Assembly (NCBI GenBank): GCA_012295275.1
Contig: CM022673.1
Span: 29,140,001 to 29,204,000 of the forward strand
Direction: 5' to 3'
DNA length: 64,000 nt
Origin: Chrysomallon squamiferum
Taxonomy: Eukaryota > Animalia > Mollusca
In this document: positions 1 to 11,545 of the stretch, in pieces
How the letters are laid out: each line of letters opens with the position of its first letter
Position numbering within the stretch: the first letter of the stretch is position 1
The notes under the pieces: model-generated
Seen by the model: only the letters and a program-made list of their open reading frames with translations
What the model was told of the DNA's origin: nothing
Database searches by the model: none
Translations under genes and position numbers: made by a program

Positions 1-284
1 AATAAAATAATTGTTATGATACTTTTGTTTATTTTCCAACAAAGATTAACATCTTTGTTTAAGATTAATTAAAATTTTAAAAAAAGAAAGAAATGCAACC
101 AACTTGTAGCTACATTTTTTGTTATTGTAAATGTATTTTCATGATACAAATATATTTTTAATCCACCATTTTTTTTTTTTTTTTTTTTTGTTAATTTGTT
201 TTTGTTTTGTTTAGCAATTAATTTTAATGTGAAATGTACTTATTATTTTTGTTTGAACATTTATTTATAATATTTCTTGTTCAG

Positions 285-384
285 GCCTTTAACTCAGGTG
301 ATTATGAAGAATCCATATTGTATTATTCAAGAAGTCTTTCCCTTGTAGAACAACCAGCGTCTTTCAACAACAGAGCATTAGCAT
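285..384 (+). CDS. SPAG1: SPAG1 exon (TPR domain 1)
   Basis: ttcag|GCC..GCAT|gttagt; AFNSGDYEESILYYSRSLSLVEQPASFNNRALA. Confidence 0.9.
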
Positions 385-3300
385 GTTAGTAGTTTTTCTA
401 ATTAATTTCTTCTGTTACTGCTCTAATTCCTTACAGAAAAGATAATTCATAATCTGAAGTCGTTATTACAATATTTGAATTCATTTGCACATATATTTCC
501 AAAATATAGTTCTAAAAAACTTAAAGAGAAAAAATTAACAAATTTGTAAAATAGTTATGACTGTTCTTTTAGTGTTTCTTGGTTTTGCAAACATTATTAT
601 TTCTATTTCCCATCATAAAAACCAGCACAGCTCTGAATTTGATATAAAACATTCATCAAATAAAGAGGAAAAGAAAATGAGATTTCAATTTTTTCTTACT
701 TCCATAGAGCATTATTATATTTAAATGTTAGAAAGACTGCAGAATATTTAATATTTCCAACATACAGTTTTAACTGTTGTTAAGAAAGGTAATTTTAAAT
801 ATAAGTTTCGTTAAGAAAGGTAATTTTAAATATAAGTTGCATATGCACAAGTATCTCATATAATGTGAATAATATTTGATGTCACAGTATCCCTGTGTTA
901 TTGCAGATCTGAAACAGTCTAAATGGGACTATGCTTTGAATGATTTGAAAAATGTACTGAAAGATGAACCAGATAACATTAAAGGTAATTTTATTATTAT
1001 TATTTTATTTTTTTTTATTTTTATTTTTTTAATTAAAGTGTCTTTTAATTTATTTTTTTTAGTATTTTTGTGTTTATTTAAGAGTTCTTATTTTCTTGTA
1101 AATTATTTTTTTATATTTAATTTTTAAAATCATTCAGCATTACTTAGGATTGGCACAGCATACAAAGGAAAGAAATGCTTTGAAGAAGCTAAAAAATGCT
1201 TTCGAAGAGTTTTAAAGTTGGAATCTAACAACAAAAGAGCTGAGGTATTATTACTTTTTTTAATTTAAATTATTTATCACTTTACAGATGCATAGTAGAA
1301 GAGTATGAAATTACAAAAGCATGTTTCTTTTTTTGTGGCTTTTTAATCTTTTCCTTAACAATGTATTGAAAAGTCAAATATAATATTTCAGTTGCATCTT
1401 TGGATTGTAATATCATTAAATAAATACATATTGTATGACAAAAAGTCATCAAGATGATAAAACCAGTACTATAAGTTGTTATCATTGTGATTAAACAATT
1501 TATTTATATTAGTGGATTTTTTTTTTTTTTTATGTTTTGCTTTACATTTTCAATATTATTGACAGAAGTTCTTGTATTAAAACACATGGCTAACTTAATT
1601 TGTTTCTAAAAACACTGCAAATTAACACCATCCATTATTAAACAAATAATTTATTTATAATCAGTGCATTTACTTGTTTGTTTTTTTAGATTTTTAATTA
1701 TTACTTGCATCTTTGTCTTATTTGTTTTATTTTTAAAAAATGATAAGCAATTAAAACCCATCATTATCCAGTGCAGTTCTTTATTTTTTAGTTATTACTG
1801 GCATGATTACTGTCTTATTTGATTTCTGTTAAAACAGTATTAGACAAACAGTTGATCTATAATGATTCTATTTCATTTGTTTTATATTTTCAGTCGTTAC
1901 TTGCAGAATTAGAGAAGGAAGAAAAGAAGTACAAAGCTGAAAAGGAGGAAAGGAAGGTGAAGGGTCACAGGATGAAAATTGAAGATGTCAGTGATTCTGA
2001 GGAGATTGAAGCTGAACAGAACATCGACACCAAAGTACAGGAGACAAACATTGTTCCAGAAGCTGACACTGTTGTCAAAGGAAACAGACATTCTGTTAAA
2101 GAAAACAATACAAGCCGAGGCCAAGCAGGGAGAGAAACAGCAGCAAAACAAAGTGTAGGTAAAGCTGGTTCTAAAGACATTTGGCAGGATGATGATTTGA
2201 CTGAAGAAAAAACTGAATCTACAAACTGCAATCAAGCCGAAACAACCAATCATCTGTCAGAAAAAACTGTCAATGCCACATCCAAAGTTGATGATGTTGT
2301 TGATAAAAGTGTTGCAGCATCTGTTGAAGAACCACAGCAGTTTCTGTCACGACCAGTGTTCTATCAGTATCCCATGCCTGCCGTCTGTTCGAAGCTACGG
2401 GAAGAAGGAAATTCTTTGTTTCGAGCAGGCCAGTATGCACAAGCTGCAGACAAATATTCACTTGCCATCAAAAAATTTGGAAAAGGTATTTTTTTTATTA
2501 TTTTTTGTTTTTTATAACATCACTATCTTTTCTGTTGAGTAATAATTTTAATGCTGTTTGAATCTTATTTTTTTTAATAATTATTAGTAAATCATAATAA
2601 AATATTTTGCCATGGTTTTGTGTTTGGAAAATGAGTCAAAAGAAGATAGTAAGTTTGATGCCAATTAATAAATATATACATATGTATACATTGTTGTTTT
2701 AATGCAACCTTTTCTTTTTAATTTGTTTTTTCCAGCGAATGAAGAAACAGTTGTTGGTTTGTCACTTATATACAGTAATTTAGCTGCATGCGAGTTTAAG
2801 ACAGGAAACTGTGCAGCTGCTGTAAGGAATTCTACAAAAGCTCTGGAAATGATTCCTCATTCTGTAAAACCTTTACTGAGAAGAGCTGCAGCATATGAAG
2901 CCATTGAACGGTGTGTTGGTTGAATCACACAGCAAACACATTAGTGATTTATTATTCTCAGACAGTGATTAATTTTAGTTTTAAAAGATAGTGCAAAACA
3001 CCTAAAAATCAGAATTTGTTTATCACAGAACAACAAACATGGTGTTAGTAATGCTATACTCTGGCAATGTAATTTGACATTTTTTAAAACAATGTTAATT
3101 TTTTTAATAATCCTATTGAAAAATATTTAATAATAATAGAGTTATGTGGGGAAATAGGGAAATATTCCATTTATTTGTATTCATCCTCTTCCCTTATACT
3201 AGCTGTTGACAGTGAATGTTGATTCTGTTAAATGTTATGTGTCTTTCAGCTATGACAAAGCATATGTTGACTTCAAACACATTATTAGCTTGGATGTTTC

Positions 3301-6300
3301 CATTGCCCAGGCACATACAGGAGCTTCCAGGTTAGTGTGTTTTGTCTCAGTGTTTCTTTGGTTTTAATTAATATTTGTTTCCTCTGTACTGATTTACATT
3401 TTTATCTTTTCATCATTTTAGGTTAAATTATAAATACAGTTTTAAAAATCATTTAAGAAATGCAAATTTCATTTAACAGGTTGATTTTAAAAGTGATATT
3501 TATGGTTTTGGTGTAAAAACAATATTACTGCTTTGATATATTAAATAATTTTAGAATGTTTTTTTTTTTGCTTTTTGCTTTTGACCTTTTGAACCCTGGC
3601 TTCCATCCTGTTAGACCCTTTCAAATTATTTATTGATTCTAGATGCAGCCACACATATTTTTACCTTCATCAATTTCCATGTCCTGAACAAAATATATCC
3701 AATTTATTTTAATCTTTTTTTGTAAAAGATGCCAGCAAGCACTGAATGTGAAGTTTGGCTCAGCTTGGCGAGAAAAGATACCTCCTCTTGTCAAAGTCAA
3801 TCCCTGGGAAATTCCTCAGATTGTTGAAATTGGCAGTGATGGCAAGAAACCACCACTGCCCTCCCAGACCCAACGAGCCAGTCAAACTGGGACTGGTCCT
3901 AGTCAAGCAGCAGGGAAGTCAGTCCAGGTGGACAGTAACTCAGCTGAGACTGTGATTTCTGATGGCACAGAAAATGATTCAGCAGAGTCTTGTGTGGAGT
4001 GTCCAGACCCTGAAGGATGTTTCCTGCAGCTCAAATCACAGGGAAATGACTTTGTTCAAAAGGTGTCTTTTTATTTAATCTTATTTTTTGTAAATTTTAT
4101 GCCCACTGTATTCAACAGAGTTGTCTGATATTTTTCAGTTGCTTGTGAAATACTTGATGTTAGTCTAGTGTACTTTTTACAATAATTTAATATCATAAAT
4201 GTGCAGTATTTTATTTTAATAATAGATGAAATAAATTTGTGTTTAATATATCTATGAAGCTGTTTATGAGGCTGACATCATATTCCTTTTTGCTTGAAAA
4301 TTTGTTTCTAAATATTGTATTAAAATAGATCTGAATGTTGCATAACTTTTTCTTTTTGTCAGTTTCATTATTTTTCATCACTTTATTAAGAAGAGCTTAT
4401 TTATTTCCTTAGATTATTTATTTAGTTCATCATAATTCCTTGTTCCCTTTAATCTTTTAAAAAAAAAAATAATAATAATTTACTAAATTAGTTTTAGTAT
4501 ACTTATATAATTCATACATAATGAATACTCAGAAATTCAGAATTTAATATCTTATAATTCTTAATATCAAGTGTTTTCAAACAGTTCTAATGAAGAACTT
4601 TATTTATTTTTTATTCTTGCTCAAAATTTATATTTATTAACATTATGTTATTATTAATGGTTAACCTCTTAAAAATCTTTAATTTTTTCATTAATTAACA
4701 TCAATTATAAACTGCTTCACTATTTGTAATTTTATTGAGTGTTCTCTTATTTTATGTTTGACAGAATAATTTTAAAGAAGCTATAGAATGCTATACTAAG
4801 TGTATAGACATCTTCCCCAACAAAGCTGTAGGGTACACAAACAGGGCTCTGTGTCATCTCAGATTGAATCAGGTGAGAGTTAAAACATTTCCTTAACATG
4901 AAGCATTTACCTGATACTATTTGTGTTGTAATTATTCATCTTGTATTGCATTTAATCTTGAAGACGATCATTTGAAATCTGTTTTATGATTTTGTTTTTT
5001 ATTGCTGCAGTTCTAGAACATCTTTATATGCAACAAATTAAAATGTTTAATTTTCCATAGGCTGCACCTGCCCAGGAGGACTGTTGTAGAGCTTTGGAAA
5101 TTGAAGAAAATAACACCAAAGCCTTGTACAGGAGAGCTCAGGCCAGAAAGGTAAATAGTGAATATAATTTAGTCTTTTATATGATACTTTTGAACTCTAG
5201 TCACTGGGATAAAGCATGCATGCGTGCGTGTGTGTGTAATGAAAATGTTATGGTTAAAAAGAGAGTAATAGAAAATGAGTAGAAACATTTAAGATGAGTT
5301 TGTCTCCAAAGCATTGATTGTAATTTGATTATTAGTTCAAATACTGTAAAACGCTATCTGTAACAAACATCTGAGGTTCATGAAGGAATCTTTAGAAGGT
5401 GTTTATGTTTTCACAGATGTTAGAGCAATATAAAGAAAGTCTACAAGATTTGTTCACACTTCTGAAGATGGAGCCTAATAATGTAGCTGCCAAGAAAGAA
5501 GTGGAAATTGTTAAGAAATATTACAAAGAGGTATGTCATTATACTAAAGTGTTTATATTAATACCTTCTTCTTTTTTTTTGACTGTTAGAAATACATGTG
5601 CTATATTAGATTATACTCTGTTTTTTGATATTTAAAATATTGTTCTTTTTATTATGTATTAGGAGCTGGAAAAATGTCATTATACTAAAATGTTTATATT
5701 AATACCTTCTCTTTATTTTGACTGTTAGAAATACATGTGCTATATTAGATTATACTCTGTTTTTTGTTATTTAAAATATTGTTCTTTTTATTATGTATTA
5801 GGAGCTGGAAAAATGTCATTATACTAAAGTGTTTATATTAATACCTTCTCTTTATTTTGACTGTTAGAAATACATGTGCTATATTAGATTATACTCTGTT
5901 TTAGAATGATATTTAAAATATCGTTCTTTTTATTATGTATTAGGAGCTGGAAAAAGCTAAGAGTCAGACAACTAAAACCACACCTCCAGCAAAAGAACAG
6001 AAACAAAGAAAGAGAATGAATATTGAAGAAGTGGATGATGATGATGATGCTGATGTTAAAATAACAAGTGAGAATGTTTGTTTATTCTTTGTGTCAAAAA
6101 CCTAAATCAGACAATAATGACCTAAGAACAAGAATGTATGCAATAAAACAATTTTACTGCTTTGTTTGGATATATATATAATAGATATTAAAAAGCTAAG
6201 ATCATTACTTGTATGTTCCATTAAAATTTCATTATGTTAAATATTTCAGAATGTAATATATACTTGAGAATGTAATGATATTTTTTTATAACATTTAATA

Positions 6301-8276
6301 TATATGTATATATACACAAACACACCCACACACAACACACAACACACATACACAAACACACACATACATACATATATACTCTTATTATATTTGTGTCACA
6401 CAGCAAAACACAAATATGTCAAGCAAGAGTTGTGGTCCTTTTTTTTCTGTTTAATTTTATTGCCAGTTTATAAATCACCTCCACAACAAATAAAATAATA
6501 AACAATTAGATGATGTGTATTACTGCACAATGAGAAGAGACATAGAAATTCCATTTGTTCCTTGCTACTGGCTTTTCAGAGAAATCAGAATCAAAGGATT
6601 CCACAGCAAAAGTTGAGCCTGTTGACAGCAAATCAGCGACCAAAGAAAACAAACCAGGTGTCACTCCAGCAGCAGCAGATCCAGCCAATCAGCCCAGCAA
6701 GAAGTCCAAACACAAGTCTAAATCTAGTAAAACAACAACCTCTGGCTTGCCCACAGCCCCGCCCACAGCCCCGCCTACAGTCCCTCCTCCCACAGTGCCA
6801 AAACTGGAGAAAGCTAGTCCATACGAGTTCATCCAAGCGTGGAATGCTCTGAAGAGGTCACAAGGTATAGGAGCATACGCCGAACTGCTGAGGAAGGTTT
6901 CACCCGATGAGTTGCCAAGAGGTTTGAATATATTCATTGCTTTATTAATAGTTAACTATTAAATAGTTGAGATTGTAATTGATGTTCAGATAACAAGTTT
7001 AAGATAAAGTTTAAGAATAGAATTTTCAAAACAGACGAAAATACTTCTGTCAACAATATAGGCATTGTATACTGCTATAATTGAACATGCTAACAGTTAT
7101 TGTGTTTAGACTCTAATTATGATGATAGATCATTCTGTTATTATTCTATGATGTTCTTCTATCAAGAATATTTAAATATAGATAGTTTTGGCCTTACTTC
7201 TAAATTGAGATCTGGCAATCAGGTCACATAAAATTTATTTTTAGTTTAAAAATAATTCATAAGCACAGAATATATGTTATAGCTTCTTATTATTCTATTC
7301 ACTATTAAAGTATATATCAGCTATGTTTCTGTTTATCATTCCACTTATTTTTGTTTTTATTATTATTGTTGTTTTTTTCAGTGATCAGTAAACACTTTGA
7401 CGGCAGTATGTTGCAGACAATCACAGCCTGTGTGAAAAATGAGTTTATTAAGAAAAGTGAGTAGTAGAAATCACTGATGATGAATATTTTCATTCATGTA
7501 ACAGAGAAACCTCACTTAGAATTGCATTCTCCTATTTAATTACTTGCTAATATTTTTTGCTGCTTAGCAGGTACCTTTTTGTTTGGCATTTAATGGTAGT
7601 GTATTTTTGCTAGATGACATTCACGTTGTTAACAACTGCAAGCATTATATTAAAGTCCACTTATACTGGGTTTTTTATACATGTTCTGCTGCAGAATTTT
7701 TATGACATTTTGTTTTGTGTATTTCACAGATGACTATGACAGAGGTTACAAAATTCTTTTCCATCTTTGTAAAGTGGCTCGGTTTGGAACTGTGTCAATG
7801 TTCATGACAAAGCCAGAGAAAAAAGGTAAATATTTACTGACAGATCAAGTCCTATACAATATTCTATTCATTTTACTTTTTTCTGAAAAAGGTAAATTAC
7901 ATAAAGTCTATACACATGCCTGTATATTATTTTATTTGTTCTTTCTTATCTAAAAAGAATGATTATGGTAATTATAGTCATATATAAAATAAATAATAAA
8001 TGGATTCATTCAAATTTATTATACAGTAAAAGTTATCAGTTATGTTTAAAAAATTAGGTATTTATATGGATAAATTAATATGGCCTACATTGCCATTGGA
8101 TATAATTATTATACTGCATTTGTTTTTCGATACTGTGTGTCTTTTGTTTTAAAAAATAATTATACATTCATTTCACAGAAATGAGAGACATTTTGAACAA
8201 CTTGGCAAGTCACAAATCAGAGATTTACTCTGAAACTGACATTAACCACCTGAGAGAGAAATACAGCGTCCAGTGA
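285..8276 (+). CDS. SPAG1: Sperm-associated antigen 1 (TPR co-chaperone, dynein-arm assembly/R2SP complex), 5'-truncated by window edge; 15 exons, 837 aa in window
   Basis: Exons 285-384, 907-984, 1138-1244, 1894-2485, 2736-2910, 3250-3330, 3729-4062, 4765-4872, 5061-5150, 5417-5530, 5944-6067, 6580-6921, 7382-7456, 7730-7825, 8179-8276; all GT-AG, phases compatible, 2514 nt ending in TGA. TPR domain 1 AFNSGDYEESILYYSRS..FNNRALA..NIKALLR; domain 2 LREEGNSLFRAGQY..YSNLAAC..VKPLLRRAAAYE; domain 3 LKSQGNDFVQK..YTNRALC..NTKALYRRAQA; RPAP3-C-like SPYEFIQAWNALK..KVARFGTVSMFM. Three TPR domains plus this C-terminal domain is the SPAG1 architecture (RPAP3 has two). Confidence 0.93.
907..984 (+). CDS. 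SPAG1: SPAG1 exon (TPR domain 1)
   Basis: tgcag|AT..AAAG|gtaatt; LKQSKWDYALNDLKNVLKDEPDNIK. Confidence 0.9.
1138..1244 (+). CDS. SPAG1: SPAG1 exon (TPR domain 1)
   Basis: ttcag|CA..GAG|gtatta; ALLRIGTAYKGKKCFEEAKKCFRRVLKLESNNKRAE. Confidence 0.9.
1894..2485 (+). CDS. SPAG1: SPAG1 exon (charged linker and start of TPR domain 2)
   Basis: Inside ORF 1819..2517; ttttcag|TCG..AAAG|gtattt. Confidence 0.9.
2736..2910 (+). CDS. SPAG1: SPAG1 exon (TPR domain 2)
   Basis: tccag|CG..ACG|gtgtgt; SLIYSNLAACEFKTGNC..SVKPLLRRAAAYEAIE. Confidence 0.9.
3250..3330 (+). CDS. SPAG1: SPAG1 exon (TPR domain 2)
   Basis: ttcag|C..CAG|gttagt; YDKAYVDFKHIISLDVSIAQAHTGAS. Confidence 0.9.
3729..4062 (+). CDS. SPAG1: SPAG1 exon (linker and start of TPR domain 3)
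   Basis: AAG acceptor; CQQALNVKFGSAWREKIPPL..LKSQGNDFVQK|gtgtct. Confidence 0.85.
4765..4872 (+). CDS. SPAG1: SPAG1 exon (TPR domain 3)
   Basis: gacag|AAT..CAG|gtgaga; NNFKEAIECYTKCIDIFPNKAVGYTNRALCHLRLNQ. Confidence 0.9.
5061..5150 (+). CDS. SPAG1: SPAG1 exon (TPR domain 3)
   Basis: catag|GCT..AAG|gtaaat; AAPAQEDCCRALEIEENNTKALYRRAQARK. Confidence 0.9.
5417..5530 (+). CDS. SPAG1: SPAG1 exon (TPR domain 3)
   Basis: cacag|ATG..GAG|gtatgt; MLEQYKESLQDLFTLLKMEPNNVAAKKE. Confidence 0.9.
5534..5955 (+). repeat. Tandem triplication (~141/139/142 bp) of SPAG1 intron plus splice acceptor plus first 12 exon nt
   Basis: Units start at 5534, 5675, 5814 (tgtcattatactaaa...ttatgtattag|gagctggaaaaa); copies differ by a few substitutions and indels. 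Confidence 0.95.
5944..6067 (+). CDS. SPAG1: SPAG1 exon (contains RKRMNIEEVDDD)
   Basis: Third of three repeated acceptors; ELEKAKSQ..RKRMNIEEVDDDDDADVKIT|gtgaga. Confidence 0.85.
6580..6921 (+). CDS. SPAG1: SPAG1 exon (Pro-rich linker, start of C-terminal domain)
   Basis: Inside ORF 6555..6962; ttttcag|AG..AGAG|gtttga. Confidence 0.88.
7382..7456 (+). CDS. SPAG1: SPAG1 exon (C-terminal domain)
   Basis: tttcag|TG..AAAA|gtgagt; VISKHFDGSMLQTITACVKNEFIKK. Confidence 0.88.
7730..7825 (+). CDS. SPAG1: SPAG1 exon (C-terminal domain)
   Basis: cacag|AT..AAAG|gtaaat; DYDRGYKILFHLCKVARFGTVSMFMTKPEKK. Confidence 0.9.
8179..8276 (+). CDS. SPAG1: SPAG1 last coding exon
   Basis: cacag|AA; MRDILNNLASHKSEIYSETDINHLREKYSVQ*. 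Confidence 0.88.
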
Positions 8277-8361
8277 CAACAGTAACAACAGCAGCAACAC
8301 CTTAATGTGATATTTTCCTGCAGCAGTCCAAGAACTGATATACAATAAACTTTAACATGAC

Positions 8362-8453
8362 GTTTTGTTATTACCACATGCATACATTACCACACACCTA
8401 TTGTTTTGTTATTACCACATGCATACATTACCACACACCTATTGTTTTGTTAT
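8362..8453 (+). repeat. 41-bp tandem duplication just 3' of SPAG1 stop (probable 3'UTR)
   Basis: gttttgttattaccacatgcatacattaccacacacctatt at 8362 and 8403, partial third copy at 8444. Confidence 0.9.
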
Positions 8454-9266
8454 AATTCCTTTTATCTGAATTTTCTTGCTGCATGAGAAAACTAGGCTAA
8501 AGTGCTAAATTTCCAAAAAAAAAAAAAAATGTTCTGCTGATATTAACTTTGTTACTGATATAGTACCCCTTTGGGAAATTCCTTCACAGTGGGACCAAAA
8601 TCCTTTTTAGAAATTAGAAATTAGACTGAAATAAAGAGATTTAAACAGAAAAGTGAAAATACACAAAATAGCTGCATACTTGTTTGGCCAGGTTTTCCCG
8701 TGCAACATTAGTTAGTCAATATTTTGTTTTGCAGTGCTCAAGATGAAAATCATTACCAAGAGTGTTCCTAGTAGATCTAATAAATCCAATATCTATAGTG
8801 TATTTTTTTAATTTCTTTTCACACTAGTTTGTTTTTGTTTTTTGGTTTTTTTGTCATACTTCTACTATAGAAGATAACAATTAGCATTTTTTTTTTTTTT
8901 TTAATTTGTTGTTTTTTTTGTCATACTTCTGCTATAGAAGTTAACTATTAGCTTTTGGTTTTTTTGATGAATGATTCATTTACAGAGATCCTGTCAATGA
9001 AAATTGTTTCCCTAACGTTTGACATGACAGTGTGATAAATGATGTATTTAATACACATGCTAATGTTTGAATTGTGATGAAGCTTACATAGATTTCAGAT
9101 GATGATAGTGGAAAGCGAATTGGTCTGGGAATGAAACTGGTGAATACAGATTGTGATTTATTGATGAATATAAATCATTTAGATTCTTAAAAATAAAATA
9201 GATTATTTGACATTAATTATCATTATATTTCAGGTCCAATGTACTTTATTGTTTTAAGGTGAACAA

Positions 9267-9308
<42 letters not shown>

Positions 9309-9803
9309 AATAATAAGTTAAAAAGAAAGAAGAAGAAATTACGTACTATTTAATATTTAAAATTTTATTTTTCCCTTATGTCTTTCCATCAGAAAAAGAC
9401 GCTAGTGAAATTATGATCAGTATTGTCCCTGTCGAATGTTCAATTGTACACATTTAAGTTTGTAATTATTATTATCACTTTATTTTTTATATATATATTT
9501 TTGCATGTTTGTTACTTTTTTGAATTTAAGTTTTTTTTATTTTTGTACAGTTTGTGAGGTGCTTCATTATAGTGTATTCTCTGTGTTAATTGCAGTATGG
9601 TATTTTGTTAAGATGTTAATAATAATTTGTAAATCACTAATATCCGTTGTTTGTTTTTTTTTTTTTTTTTTTTGTGCATTTTCTAGATTGGTTAAATATA
9701 CTATTTTAATTACTTAAAATAAAAATATATTATGATGTGTGTACGTGTTATTTTAATTTATTATTAAATAGATTAAAAAAAAAGTGTTTTAAATAAAAAC
9801 AAA

Positions 9804-9834
<31 letters not shown>

Positions 9835-10852
9835 TTACAAAGTTAGATCTCATCATATTCAGTTGTATAAATTTCTTGGATTTGCATACATTCACGCCCA
9901 TATGCAAAACTGTTGTACAGTAATAATAATGCTCTTGAAAACCTCTATTACACAACCTCTTTTACATGCTTTTACATTAATTTTACTCATTACACAGTTA
10001 AAGCCATTTCATCAGGTTTCATTTCATACAAACAGATTATAAAAGGTAATACATTATTCCATCTGAGGTCACGACACGAGGACATACGATACAGTTGTAC
10101 AATGCTTTACCCTTACAGGTGGCTGTAATATCCAGTAACCTTTGTTTTGTTCAGGCCTGTCATTCATTTTCTAAGAATTAAAGACGTTTGAAAAGATTTG
10201 ACTCAGTCTCTCGGGGATTTTTCTTTTTATTAATGTCTCTCTGTCTATTTATACACACACAAACACAGACATAGATAAATATATAGAAAGTTTATACGCA
10301 TTTAACCACATTTGCTGTTATTTAAATAACAAAACCTTTACTAAACAAACTTCGAATACATTGAACATAAACGGTTTTTTTTGTTTTTTTGGTGGGTTTT
10401 TTCGATAATCGTTCTGTATCATTTTGTTTTGGCCTTTTCCTTTTTTAGTAAATATATTGTAGTCATTATTAAAAAATAAAATGAAATTAAAAAAAAAAAT
10501 GAACAAATATGAAAATAACGATTTACAGCTTCCTTGTTACTTTTTGTTATATTTGCATTTCTTCTCTTTCAGTTTTTTCTTTCTTTCTTTCTTTTTTTCA
10601 TGCTAACAATATTTAAACTATCTTTTCTATTATGTCATAATGACAGTTTCGTGCAATAAAGTGTAGAACACGAATGGAAAAGAAAAACAAAATGCCTATC
10701 TTATATTGGACAATACAGTTTTATTCAAAAAGATATTTCTCACTTCCTACCCACTACAAAGCTTTATTGTTATAAATGAAAAATATATCTCTCCAGATTT
10801 CTTTAGAACTGACTAAGTGTCTCTTAGTAAGTTAGGTCATTTCCATTACTTT

Positions 10853-10904
10853 TAAACAAAAGCCAGATAATATATATATAAATAAATTTTATCTGGCTTT
10901 TGTT

Positions 10905-10906
<2 letters not shown>
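10853..10906. repeat. Perfect 18-bp inverted repeat (hairpin)
   Basis: taaacaaaagccagataa (10853-10870) / ttatctggcttttgttta (10889-10906). Confidence 0.85.
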
Positions 10907-10936
<30 letters not shown>

Positions 10937-11167
10937 TAAATAAATAAATAAATTAATTAATTAATTAATAATAATACACTATTTTCAGTTGAGCTAGGTG
11001 ATGAAAAAAAAAAAAAAAAAATGTATTGCGCCGAACTTTAACACGTAGTATCTCGAAAACCCTGTATAAAATATTTTAAAACGTTCTGAAAATGTACATG
11101 AGCAAAGACATGGATGTCGTCCTTACTGTTTGATATCGAAAACCGCAGCTTCCGAATTTAAAGAACG

Positions 11168-11545
11168 TCATTTTATCAGACGATCAATGGGTTCTCCATT
11201 TTCCTTGCAACCTGCTCTTAGTGTCCAAGTTCTAAATCTCTTCAAGGTGACCTTTTTCCTTGATTTTAGTCTTTAATTCTTCCTCAGTGGAATTTTCCAT
11301 TCGACCTCTGAAAACTTTCTCCGTGTGTTGAACATTTTCTTCTGTAGATGACGTTTTACGGAGACCAATTCTCATTTGCCTAACAGTGAACCACTCGTAC
11401 TTTCAACCCTTTTTTTTATCACTCTGTTTACCGATGATGTATTCCACTTCTTTCCTGGAAGTTCCTTTATGATTCTCGAACTTTCCCACCGAGTGGCAAG
11501 TGGCAACAAAGTGCTTATCTGAACTCGAGAGTACGTCTTGGATAT
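11168..11545 (-). mobile_element. Internally deleted Tc1/mariner-superfamily (maT/DD37D-like) transposase relic
   Basis: Minus-strand frames give an N-terminal HTH-like segment (WESSRIIKELPGKKWNTSSVNRVIKK..GLRKTSSTEENVQHTE) fused to a C-terminal-like segment (KVFRGR..TEEELKTKIKEK..LRAGCKENGEPIDRLIK*); frameshifts and stops present, catalytic core absent. Family assigned from recalled motif resemblance. Confidence 0.6.

Noticed and set aside
1909-2542. Overlapping antisense and alternate-frame ORFs over the large SPAG1 exon (also 6506-6937)
   Set aside because: Shadows of the true coding frame.
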